Source: Azolla caroliniana (lineage: Eukaryota > Plantae > Polypodiophyta). From it: a stretch of 64,000 nucleotides of DNA. Below the pieces are notes generated by a model. The model made no database searches. It was not told where the DNA came from and saw only the letters and a program-made list of their open reading frames with translations. The stretch is from assembly GCA_043228905.1 (NCBI GenBank), contig JBHGNT010000014.1, positions 15,314,001 through 15,378,000 on the forward strand. Direction: 5' to 3'. Position numbers and translations under genes: made by a program. This document shows positions 1 to 11,500 of the stretch, piece by piece; within the stretch, counting starts at the first letter, position 1, and every line of letters begins with the position of its first letter.

Positions 1-285
1 GGAATGACGCTCCAGAGTCGACCGCCCATGTTGATTCATCGCTGACAAGGTGTAGCTCACTCTCCTTGGTGATGAGTAGCAGTTCCTCTTCGCTTGTCGC
101 GATTTCCGATGTTCCTCTCCTTTCTGAAATCTTCTTCGGTTCTGGACCGTTGGCTCGCCCTTTGGCTTTCTGGAAGTGTCGGCAATTCTTCTAGAAGTGC
201 CTTGACTTTCTGCAACAAAAGCAAGTGGGCCTCCCCCTTGACTTCGACCTCTTCTGTGACTTCTCTCGGTGTCGCGGAAATCCGC
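1..285 (-). pseudogene. Tork/Tnt1-like copia gag zinc knuckle-protease fragment
   Basis: Minus-strand translation gives SRGRPTCFCCRKSRHF*KNC...EEELLLITKESEL...WAVDSGASF, matching the copia polyprotein at 13835-16189. Confidence 0.75.
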
Positions 286-705
286 GCGTGCGGGTTGGAA
301 AAGGCGAGACCACATGGGTCTTGTACTAAGGGATTTATGGATACCGGAAGGCCGATTTCTTTGGGTCCGGTTACACCAGCTATGGCACCAACCGGGATGA
401 TTCCGGATGCGTTCCGGAAGCAACCGGATTAAAGAGAGGGAGAGAGAGCACATGCATGCACACCAGCTCTTCACACCCTCTTATATACAAGACGACGAGT
501 CTCCGGACCGAAAGAGGAGACACGTCGTGACACAAAACGACTAAACACACACACACATCACAAGTGGATCCCGACAGGATGAAACCCAAAGACGCCGACA
601 TAGACATATGCACACCGAAATTTTCTCATATATATTTACAAGGGACACAAGTTACAACACCGGTTTTGAGCCAGTCCAATACCAAACAGATACAACAGTT
701 GTTTG

Positions 706-1150
706 TGTCATGATATGGCAAGACTCGAACCCATGACCTTATGGCATATGGGTCGAGCTCTTAACCATCACACCATCTATTGTAATTCATAGGATATTAT
801 TTTCATTTATGTTTTATTATAAGAAAGTAATGTATATTCCAGATTTCTCTGGAACATTCTAGAAGTTTCAGGATTACTCCTGACAAGTATAAAAGAAGGC
901 ACTAGGCATTATGTTGAACCAAATTGGTTCAACGCCAGTCTTAAGCCTCGTAGCCGCTTTGTACTTATCTTTTCACATAATATATTAGCTGTTGTCATCA
1001 TCTTTCTCTCTCTCTCATCCTCGCTATCTCTCTCTCTCTCGTCTTCTCACTTCCTCTCTCGGGAATCTCACGCAGTCCCGTCTTCTTAGTACTAATAGTA
1101 CTTCCCTTCTTAGTACTAATTCCATCTCTGCTTTAGTACCATTCCTGACA
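706..1150 (+). repeat. 5' LTR of Tcn1-like element
   Basis: Near-identical to 4071-4513 (about 8 substitutions by eye) and to the inverted copy at 30081-30505. TATAAAAG at 888-895. Confidence 0.95.
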
Positions 1151-1223
1151 GTTTGAACCAAATTTTCCTTTCCTCCAGCCTACTTGTCGTTCTCCCTCAT
1201 CCTCCTACCCTTTTCCCTATACT

Positions 1224-2322
1224 ATGGCTACTATTAGTGCCCAAGAATATCAATATGTTTTCTTCGAGTTACAGTGCCTAAAAGAAAAGTTTGTTGCCCT
1301 GGAACAAGAAAACCAACGGTTGATAGGGGATCTGCAACAAATCGCTCTCGAAAAACAACAAACGCAACAACAACATGGGGAGTTAGCATTACGGGTACAA
1401 CAACTCGAAGCAGCGTTGCAACAACAAGGATCAAGTCCCCAAGGATTTCATAAAGAGCCCAAGATTGGACTTCCTGTGAAATTTGATGGAACGCGATCGC
1501 AATTTCGGGGATTCCTTAATCAGGTACGCTTAGTCATCCAGATGCATCCTTCCCGATATCCCACTGATGCATCTCGAGTCAGCCTAATAGGCACGTTACT
1601 TAGCGGCTCAGCCTTGGCATGGTTCGCTCCGCTTCTAGAAAAACAATCACCCTTGCTTAATAACTTTGATGATTTTATTGGTGAGTTTAAAGCCTGCTTT
1701 GGAGATACCGACAACATCAGGACGGCGATCAACAAGATCCGAAGATTGCGTCAAGGCGATCGTCCAGCCTCTGCCTACGCGGCGGATTTCCGTCTACTCA
1801 CCTCAGATATTCCCTAGGATGATCAGGCCCTCATGGAGCAGTTTTGCTACGGCTTGCGCAATGATGTCAAAGATCTGCTTTTAACCTTCCCCGAAGAACC
1901 AAAGTCTCTTACGGAGGCAATCAGTCGAGTGGTCCGATGCGACAACCGCCTTTTCGAACGGCGTTCGGAGCGTCAGTTACAAATACCACGCTCTCGGCCG
2001 GAACCCACATACGCCTCAGTCACGGCTTAACCGTTTGCACGCGATGTACCTCAAGCCAATATTCAGACACCGATGGAGATCGACACCATGCGTCGACGCG
2101 GCCCGTTATCGGAAGAAGAAAAGCAACGACGACGTGCCAATCGATTATGCCTTTATTGCGGTGGACCAGGGCATATCGCCATCAATTGTCCCCATAGGTC
2201 AAGAACACAGGTAAATCAAATCGTCGCCTGTACTAAACTCGAGTCAATTCTTCCCTTCGGAGTGTCTGATAGTATTATTAGTACTAATAGAGTGTCAGAT
2301 AGTATTCATAGTACTAATAGCC
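1224..2322 (+). pseudogene. Gag (coiled coil, retrotransposon gag domain, CCHC knuckle) with premature stops
   Basis: KFDGTRSQFRGFLNQ...ALAWF and [14 protein letters not shown]. In-frame stops at 1815 and 2028. An uninterrupted paralog lies at 28850-30007. Confidence 0.9.
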
Positions 2323-4059
2323 TAGAACGCTCGCGTACTAAATCGACGGCAAGCTCGGTGGGCGCAATTCGTCACGTGTTTCGACTTCAAAATCACATAT
2401 CGACCGGGGAAGCAGTAAGGAAAAGCAGATGCACTATCACGACGTTCATATCTTGCAGCTCGTCCTGGTGATCCAACATTTGATAATCAAAAGCAAGTAA
2501 TCTTGGGACCAACACGATTGCACACGATGCGGATTTTTCACACCCCGATGGATTCACGGATTACCGATGACATACGTGCAAACTTGAAGACGGATAATTT
2601 TGCTCAAGACATCCTGGCGCACATTGATACTTCTCGGGCATCCTGTTCTCAGTCTCAACAACCAGGTATTGACTACCGACATTTCGAATATCATGATGGT
2701 TTGTTATTCTTTAAAAAGCGCGTAGATGTCCCCGATTGCTCCTGTCGCCTTCAAATCGTCCAACATTGTCACGACACCCATACGACGGGACATTTCGGTA
2801 GTACTAAGACGTTGGAGCTAGTGCATCAATCTTTTTGGTGGCCCCACATGCGCCGTTTTGTCGACGACTACGTTCGGACCTGTGATGCTTGCTGCCGAGC
2901 AAAGATGCCACGACACCATCCATATGGCTTGTTGGAACCCTTACCGATTCCAAGTAAGCCGTGGCAGTCTATTTGTCTTGATTTTATCACAGATCTGCCG
3001 GTCTCGCAGGGGTTCGATGCTATCTTAACCGTCGTCGATCGATATACGAAGATGACACATTTTGTTCCATGTATTAAGGCCATCACTAGTGAGGAAACCG
3101 CCGCCCTAGTCATGCGTGAGGTATTTCGGCATCATGGCCTCCCAGACAGTATCATCAGTGACCGAGGACCGCAATTTGTCTCCAAATTTTGGCAGCATCT
3201 CTTCAAGATGCTCAAGGTCTCATGCAACCTCTCCTCCGGTTACCATCCTCAGACCGATGGGCAGGCAGAATGAACAAACCAAACGCTGGAGCAATATCTC
3301 CGATGTTTCCTGAGTTATCAACAGGACAATTGGGCCGAGATTCTCCACTTTGCGGAGTTTGCGTATAATAATGTTGTTCACTCCTCAACTCGAGTCTCCC
3401 CATTCTATGCTTATACCGGTTCTCATCCTCGCTGGTCGGTGATCGACACCCCGGAGCTACCTACCAATTCTCGTGCCGAGGATCATTTGGAGAGACTACG
3501 CAAGATCCAGATAGATCTCTCGACTCATCTTCATCATGCTCAACAGACACTGAAGACTTACGTGGATCGTCATCGGCTTCCCTCCTCTTTTGCCATCGGA
3601 GATCGAGTATGGCTCTTACGTCGTCACATCAAGACTACTCGACCGTGCGACAAGTTGGATTATCGACGACTCGGTCCTTTCTGTATTACGGGTAAAGTTA
3701 ATGATGTCACATTCCGCCTTGATCTCCCTCCGCAGCTTCAGATACATCCGGTTTTCCATTGTTCTCTTCTTGAACCTTATAAAGCAAACACCATTCCCGA
3801 TCGTGTTACACCACCGCCACCCCCGCTGGAGTTGGACGCCGGCCCGGAGTATGAAGTTGTTGCCATCCTCGATTCCAAACTTATTCGCAACAAACTTTAT
3901 TATTTGGTCGATTGGGTTGGTTATAGTCCGAGTGAACGCACTTGGGAACCCGTCGAGCATGTTGCCAATGCTCAGGATTTGCTTGCTGATTTCCACCGAA
4001 AGTATCCGGACAAACCCGGTCTGCAATCAGCGCCGACTCGTTCCACTCATCGTCGTTAA
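2323..4059 (+). pseudogene. RNase H C-terminus, integrase and chromodomain, disrupted
   Basis: RRQARWAQF...YRPGK..KADALSR, the HHCC motif (HDTHTTGHFG...CDAC), DFIT, SDRGPQF, HPQTDGQAE, the GPF motif and YEVVAILDSK...YLVDWVGY...TWEP. Confidence 0.9.
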
Positions 4060-4070
4060 GGGGGAGATAG

Positions 4071-4513
4071 TGTCATGATATGGCAAGACTCGAACCCATG
4101 ACCTTATGGCATATGGGTCGAGCTCTTAACCATCACACCATCTATTGTAATTCATAGGATTTTATTTTCATTTATGTTTTATTATAAGAAAGTAATGTAT
4201 ATTCCAGATTTCTCTGGAACATTCTAGAAGTTTCAGGATTACTCCTGACAAGTATAAAAGAAGGCACTAGGCATTATGTTGAACCAAATTGGTTCATCGC
4301 TAGTCTTAAGCCTCGTAGCCGCTTTGTACTTATCTTTTCACATAATATATTAGTTGTTGTCATCATCTTTCTCTCTCTCTCAGCCTCGCTATCTCTCTCT
4401 CTCGTCTTCTCACTTCCTCTCTCGGGAATCTCACGCAGTCCCGTATTCTTAGTACTAATAGTACTTCCCTTCTTAGTACTAATTCCATCTCTGCTATAGT
4501 ACTATTCCTGACA
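4071..4513 (+). repeat. 3' LTR of Tcn1-like element
   Basis: Direct repeat of 706-1150, preceded by the PPT. Confidence 0.95.
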
Positions 4514-4971
4514 GTTTGCAGGCAAGCTCCAGTCGGGGAGCACTCGGGCTCGCCTACGCGAGTGGGGTCTTGCACAGGAGACAGAGCTACGAAGGAAACC
4601 CTCAGAGCATATGAGCCCTCAACTAGACTAAACCCAAAGTGGGGAGCTAACAAAACTCAAAACTCACCAAAGATTGGGAACCCTAAACCTCCACTAAAAA
4701 GAGAAAACCTAACCCATACAATGACGAAGAAGAAGACCTCAAAGAAACCCCAAAAGAAAGTGAGAAAAAGAGAAAGACTGCCATACCTTAGATCTTACGA
4801 TATACCCTTCTAACTCAAAATGGGCAACCCCTTAATAAGAGACCCCTCCCTCCTTTTATAGTCCAAGGAGGGAATGACCTTACAATGTGGGATAAATATC
4901 CCTTATTATTTTATATACAATTCCTAATGTACATGTGCACATGTTGCACATCGACGACTTTGCTCATTCCA

Positions 4972-5812
4972 ATAGCTAATTAGTTATTGTTAGTGGCTAA
5001 TTAGCTATCTTAATAGCTAATTAGTTACTGACAATAGCTAGTTAGCTATGTGAGGAGCTAATTAGCTATTAAGGTAACTAATTAGCTACTACGAGAGTAT
5101 GATCATAGCTAATCAGCTACTAGGGATCGACAATGGCTCGGCTCAAGCCTAAACCGTTTGGCTTAGTCGGCTTAAAGCGGCTTAGCGGCTCGGCTCAGTT
5201 TAGGCTTGAACTTGCCTTAACGGTTTGAGCTCAGCTTGGCTCGGCTTGAGCCTCGCCAAGCCGACTAAGCCGTTTAAGCCATTTATAAACTTTACAGAGA
5301 GGGGGAGAGAGGGAAAGAGACAATAGACAAGGGGAAAGAGAGAGAGTGTGTGTGTGAGGGAGGGAGACTAAACAGACGATGGGAGAGAGAGAGTGTGAGT
5401 GAGGGAGAATTACACAGATGAGGAGAGAGAGAGAGAGAGAGAGAGACTACACAGAGGGGGGAGAGAGAGAAACTACACAAAGGGGGGGGGGGGGAGAGAG
5501 AGGAAGAGAATCGAGACCACAGACGTGAGAGAGAGAGTGGGAGGGAGAGCTTGTACAATGTATACTATATAGTATATAGTGGATCATCTGAGAGAGAGAG
5601 AGAGAGAGAGGGAGGGAGGTTTCCAAGCCGTTTACCAAGCCGCTTTAGCCTAAACCAGTTTGTGAACCGTTTCGGTTTGTTTTGGTTCAGGTTTGAGATC
5701 TCGTAAACGGTTTAGGCTTAGCCGGTTTGGCTTGGATCAGGCCAAACCGGCTAAGCCTAAACCGAACCGTTGCTGATCCCTATCAGCTACCACACTATAT
5801 CTAACTAGCTAC
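4972..5812. repeat. Degenerate AGCTAATTAGCT palindromic repeat array, interrupted by a MITE
   Basis: Several copies of tagctaattagcta at 4972-5120, resuming at 5783-5812. Confidence 0.8.
5121..5782. mobile_element. hAT-type MITE
   Basis: TIRs TAGGGATCGACAATGG and CCGTTGCTGATCCCTA. Perfect 8-bp TSD TCAGCTAC at 5113-5120 and 5783-5790. AAACCG-like subterminal repeats and a GA-rich core. Confidence 0.9.
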
Positions 5813-5877
5813 ATCAGGGCACATTTTTTATACTCACTAGACTCCCTTTTTATTACGTAGGTTGATTTATTTATTAG

Positions 5878-7625
5878 GTTCAAGCGAATGCATCCAAATA
5901 TCAAAGTTCAACTACGAACATTCGATTCTCTTAAGCCACATTTTGTGAGACGCTTAAAGGATCAATACACATGTTGCATTTACCATGTACAAATGGGTTT
6001 TCTCAAGGACTCTGTTAATCTACTACGTCACTATAGCTCCTCCCTAGAGGATGCAGTCTGCACTTGTGAGTGCTCAATTTGTCGATCTAGCTTGCAAGAG
6101 CACTCTAAATCATTAGAGCATGTTATCTCTTCCATGAGTGGTCTTTTAGATTCAGTATTGTGTCTAAGAGAATCTGAGGCTAGCTTCCACAGTCATAAAT
6201 GTGCCATGGGTTTATGTCAAGATTGTGGCTCTTGTAGATTTAGGTGGTGTCCAAAAGAGTTGAGTAGTGAAATATTAATCTTTATCAAGTTATTTGAGTC
6301 TGTGGACACCAATTTCGAAGGAAAGGTGTGTAAAAGAAAGAATCTAGTTAGGAAGACGCTTAAACCAAGGGATTTGGCGTCTCTATTTATAGTATCTCTA
6401 GGAAAGTTCATTAAACACAACTTCATTTATTCATGGCAGGCCCATCAGTTTAAGACTTGCATATCAGTAGTAGAATGAAATTCAATCCATGCATTGGTGT
6501 TCAGTGCAAGTAACCATTTTTGTGTACATAACATATTTTCGAGTTTCAGGTGATGTTAAGAAAGTAATTCAATTTTTTATTTCTGATGTTAAGAAGCATG
6601 ATACGTTGTTTGTCCAACATTTGGCAATGGTTATTATGTCAACATTTGGAGCTTACTCAACATTGGGTTTGGTCTAACAGAGCTACGTCACATTTCAAGG
6701 CTAGACGTCCATTTTATTTTGTTGGGAGGTATCCTTCTGTAACAAGTTTGGAGATGAGATGGATTTTTTTGGGTCTGGCCATGGTAAAGGTGAACATGAT
6801 GGAGCAAGTGCAGTTATAAAGCGGGCACTTACCCATGAACAACTAAAGGCAGATGGCGTGCATATGAATTCTGCAGCACATGTAGTCGAATTTTTAAGAG
6901 CTAATATGTCAACCAGTGCAACTAGTGTTTATTCCTCGCATGTTTGAGATATCAAACGTGAATTTTGGGAAGTGAAGATAGATGAAGTAAATAGGGAGAA
7001 GATCTAGGAGTGCCAAGGAATTCCCAAATTGCGATCTCTCCATGTTGTTCGGGGTTATTCTAGGTTGGATGGTCATTGTATTGTGGTTAGAGAATTAACT
7101 TGTTTTTGCTTCCATTGTGTGCAGGGAAATTGGAGGTATTGTTTAAACAAAGCATATATTCAGAATTGGGAGTACCATACATTGAATGATACGGACCGAG
7201 CGGATGGAGAAATAGAAAACAATGTTGACTTCACATATCAGGGCCGTGGAGATACTCTGAGTGATGTCATAAACGTTGGGGATAATTTCATTGTAAATGC
7301 AGAAGAAGACAATTCAGAGGATGTTGATTTCTATATATTGAAGTGCACGGTTTGTAAAAAATGTGCAACACAAAATATTGTAGATGCTTGGGGAAATTTT
7401 GTATCTGTCGGGACATTCTACATCAAAGGTATTTTTTATCCAAGACTACATGATTACGATTATGTGTATAGGCTTTTAGAAGACAAACCAGTAGCGTACA
7501 TATACTCTCATTTGGTCAGGTGCATCAACATCCTGATGTTGCAATACAATAGCTGCTCAGATTTATATACAGTTAGTGCTAATGTGTGTGAATGTATTTA
7601 CAACAGTATGCCATGGAATTTGTAG
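5878..7625 (+). pseudogene. DDD-type DNA transposase, Sola2-like, disrupted
   Basis: Collinear fragments: TCCIYH, Cys-rich CQDCG, (N)EIQSMHW..QVTI, FISD.KKHD, WVWSNRATSHFK and FFGSGHGKGEHDGASAVIKR, then a C-terminal CFCFHC..G..RYCLN. Putative splice acceptor ttattag ends at 5878. Stops and frameshifts are present. Confidence 0.6.
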
Positions 7626-8099
7626 CTACAAGGAGATCATATCAGTTTTCTTGTAAAGTGGACAAAGTAGTTGTATTGCAAAAAAACAGTTTAATAAAAT
7701 AATTTGGGAGTCTTTTTCTCTTCTTGTTTCTTGATAAAATCATGTTTGTTAAATGTCTATTGATTACTGTTAGTTTTACTTATTGCAACTTTCAGTTTTA
7801 GTGTCTATTCAATGTGCATAATGACGATTATACTGGCTAGAATACATTTTGGCAATGGTTTTTTTGCTCTCAAGTGAACCATGAACAAGTTCAAATTGTT
7901 TGCCATTCTGAGAACAACCAACAACATGAAATCAGAAATCAATGACCTATTTTAAAATTACACAGTAGATAATTTACTCAAAACAAGCGATTTAATTCTT
8001 CATTTATTAATTTGTCATCACATTACATATTTATAATACACGATTGGCAATGTCTAGAAAGCGCCTATAAATAGCTAAGCTCTTACTGGTTAGTGGAAC

Positions 8100-9510
8100 T
8101 TCTCTACATATGTGATCTGCATACTGAGCTCGGTATGGTGTCCACAACCATGCAGTTAATTGGTAGCTCAATCTTTTCACCAAGTAGTTATCAAGCATTT
8201 CATCGGGTACAATGAGACAACATCTGCGAAGGTTGTAGTAATGACGGAAATGTTATGTATCCACAATCAACGTATTGTCAGCATTATATTCGGGCCAGGT
8301 ATGCCAAAAATCATAAAGTCATTTGAATCTTGCAATATCCTGCTGCTCACATCTTTCTCATGTCCACTAACCCTTGAAGTGTTGTCGCCACTTTGGGAAG
8401 AATCTTTCTACACACTTCCAAACATTTGAACGTGGTTTTTACTCCAAATAAACAAATCAAAGTATTGCATAGCCCACTCTAGAAATTGATTAGCTTCCCT
8501 CTTTGGTGTCATATATCGCACACTCATCAGAACTTTATCAAGCTCCAAGATCAAGGCTCTTCTTTCGTCTTCTAATTGTTTAGGTTTCCATTCCTGCAAC
8601 TGAGCCTCTGTTACACCAAGTATTAGTAGCACACGATCAATTCCAATCAACTGAGGTTTTGTCGACACAATTGGTGTCCTTTTCCTCTTCAAACCCTTGG
8701 TCGACTGTGTCTTTGGGTCTGGCTTCACCTTGTTTTGCTCTTGTGCAATCATTGGGCCTAGCTTCACATTGTTTTGCTCTTGTATAGTCGATCGTGCCAT
8801 CGGTCCTGGCATTATCGCATGTAGATACGTCTTTGGTCGATATCAGCCCACTGGTATCACATCCTACATCTACCTACAAAATCTGATCATTTGTGCAACA
8901 TGCTTGATCTACTTGCGTGACCAGATCATTTGTGTCAGTTGGTACATTTACTTTCAAGATGGGGCCCTCTAAACACGCAACAACATCAACAATTTCTACA
9001 CAGTCATTGGCCTTAGGAGCAATAGATTCAAACCCTTTATACTCTACAACAGCAGAAAACACCAACATATTCACACTCACAAAGTAGCTAATAGTCTCAC
9101 AAAACAATATAATGAACATGAAATATTTTGCAACAAAGTAATAATTGTTAGGAAACAGGTCCCTCCGGATGGGAAATGAGAAGAACAGTGTCGGCCGAGG
9201 CCGAAACCGGATGTGGAGTACCCGGCAACAGAAGACCCGGTGAGAATCGGATGACGAGTGCCCGACAAGAGTCGAATGGTGAAGGCCCGGTGAGAACCAG
9301 ATGACGAGTGCGCGGCAAGCGCCGGATGATGCAGGCCCGGTGAGGAGTGCTCACCGGATGAAGGGACATTCGTAAATATTTTTCTGAGAGTCCATCGGGG
9401 CTATATTTGTAAATAGCCGAAAAGTCATATTAGTATAAATATGACTTAGGGCAATCTTAGAGTTGTTGTTGTCATTCTAGTTGGTTGCGATAATTCTGTG
9501 CGTAACCGTG

Positions 9511-9568
<58 letters not shown>

Positions 9569-10521
9569 GAGGTCGTTGCCTCTGTTGTAACCGCCGCCTG
9601 TGGCAAAGATAGCAAGCTCGAGGTCGTTGCCTCGGTGCTTTACTATTGTACATTGTGATATAGTGATAGTTTGTAATCTGTGGGCTGCCGTGGTTTTTCC
9701 CTAGTTTGGGTTTTCCACGTTAACATCCTGTGTACTCTTCTCTTCACTGTGTCGTGCGTACCTTACCCGTTTTCTGTGTTTGATCCTAGACTCGGTTGTG
9801 GCCGAGCGTTGTGCTTAGGGAGCGTGTATTCTTGTTAATAATATTATCTTAATACCATCATAGAGTTCCATTACATAATGTGGATCAAGCAACAACCAAT
9901 CTGAGGTGTTACTTGTCAAAATAGACCATAGGCCATTTTCATAATTTTCTAGGAAAATAGCTAACAATCATATCCCACTAATCAGTAATTGGTAGTAATT
10001 AGCTCCAATTGAAGAGCCCCTTGAGCGAGTAATTGGTCTTGTCCCCAATCGTGGGCCCTTCTTCAGCCTTTTTCTAGTCGGTTGCCCATTTAGCCTTGCT
10101 TTATTCACCCATTGCACAAGTGTGTCCTCCTCCGACAACTTTTCCATCGCCTCAGCAACGGCTTGCACATCATCCGTGTCTAGTGATAGATTTTCAAGTA
10201 CAGTGGGATATGGTGGGACATCATTAGCAGTTGGGCTCGGTGGGGTTGAATCAAGGTTTTGGGATTCGAAGAAATGTTGCATCAAGTGTTCAAAAACATT
10301 GTTGTTATGAACCTTAGATTTACATGCTATTTCCAATATTTCATGGTTTTTCACAACATTGCCTAATTCAGTACAATCTTCCAAAAGAATAGGGTGGAGC
10401 TGATCTGAAGGAGATGTGATAGCAGTACTCTTACTTTCAGCCACGTTGCCAGCTATCTCTTCATCGGTTGTGGCGTCATTGGCACTGGACACCTCATGCA
10501 ACCTCCTTAATCCACGAGATT
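8100..10521 (-). pseudogene. Multi-exon gene remnant ending in a NIF/FCP1-like HAD phosphatase domain
   Basis: ORF 8408-8812 has LILELDKVL...FLEWAMQYFDLFIWS. A downstream frame reads W.TWPEYNADNTLIVD. ORF 9968-10501 is preceded by acceptor tgttgttgtag. Interrupted by a solo LTR. Confidence 0.5.
9146..9837 (+). mobile_element. Solo LTR, Tork-like copia family
   Basis: Matches LTR sequence at 35051-35411 and 30506-30981. TSD ATAAT at 9141-9145 and 9838-9842. Contains an internal (AG)n expansion. Confidence 0.9.
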
Positions 10522-10534
10522 CTACAACAACATG

Positions 10535-11500
10535 TCAGCTAATTAGCGGCTTCTCTTGTGTTTTTCAATGACCTTAGTTGAATTCTAAACATGATAGCTA
10601 ATTAGCTACATTGTAGGTAATTAGCGGTCACTCTTGATACTACTTGATACTACTACATCTTAGCTAAATAGCTATTCTTCTTAACTATGGCAGTAGCTAA
10701 TTAGCTATCACTCTTGATACTGCTTAGCTAATTAGTTAAGATGTAGCTAATTAGCTGCTAGACTATAGGTTGGCAGTAGCTAATTCGCTACCGCTTAGCT
10801 AATTAGCTGCTAGACTATAGGTTGGTAGTAGATAATTAGCTACCACTTAGCTAATTAGATGTTGACTTTAGATTGGCAGTAGATTATTATTTACCACTCT
10901 TGATATTGCTTAACTAATTAGCTACATCTTAGCTAATTAGCTACTAAACTATAGATTGAGAGTAGTTAATTAGTTATTCTTGTTAACTATGGCAATAGCT
11001 AATTAGCTACCACTCTTGATACTACTTAGCTAATTAGCTACATCTTAGTTAATTAGTTGCGGACTTTAGATTGGCAGTAGCTAATTAGCTATTCTACTTA
11101 AGTATGGTAGTAGCTAATTAGCTACTACACTATAGGTTGCAATAGCTAATTAGCTACATCTTAGCTAATTAGCTACTTGAGTATGGTAGTAGCTAATTAG
11201 CTACCACTCTTGATACTGCTTAGCTAATTAGTTGCTAGACTATAGACTGGCAATAGCTAATTAGCTATTCTACTTAAGTATGGTTGTAGCTAATTAGCTA
11301 CTACACTATAGGCTGGCAATAGCTATTTAGTTATTCTACTTAATTATGGTAGTAGCTAATTAGCTACCACTTAGCTAATTAGCTACATCTTAGCTAATTA
11401 GTTACTAGACCATAGATTTACAGTAGCTAATTAGCTACATCTTGGCTAATTAGGTAATACCTAGGTTGTAGCTAATTAGCTACTACACTACTGAACCATA
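10535..11500. repeat. Long AGCTAATTAGCT palindromic minisatellite array
   Basis: Dozens of tagctaattagcta cores with short variable spacers. The array resumes at 16848-16900 after the copia insertion. Confidence 0.9.

Larger units (their letters stand above)
706..4513 (+). mobile_element. Ty3/gypsy chromovirus (Tcn1-like) LTR retrotransposon, internally deleted (no PR/RT)
   Basis: TG...CA LTRs at 706-1150 and 4071-4513. 5-bp TSD GTTTG at 701-705 and 4514-4518. PPT AAGGGGGAGATAG at 4058-4070. Contains gag, the RNase H end, integrase and a chromodomain. Confidence 0.95.

Noticed and set aside
286-700. LTR-like segments at 286-697 and 4519-4950 flanking the first gypsy element
   Set aside because: Their composition is LTR-like, but no partner, TSD or clear termini could be established in this window.
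701-705. TSD GTTTG equals the first five bases after the 5' LTR, so the LTR might be 5 bp longer or target its own PBS
   Set aside because: GTTTG also precedes the 5' LTR, the TG...CA ends are canonical and copy 2 has a different flank. It is best read as coincidence.
706-782. Functional tRNA gene (CAT anticodon-like loop)
   Set aside because: Acceptor and anticodon stems do not pair and the sequence is part of an LTR. It is reported only as a tRNA-like module.
10535-11500. Repeat-spacer pattern resembling a CRISPR array
   Set aside because: The repeats are only 12-14 bp, the spacers are themselves repetitive and variable in length, there are no cas genes and the context is eukaryotic.
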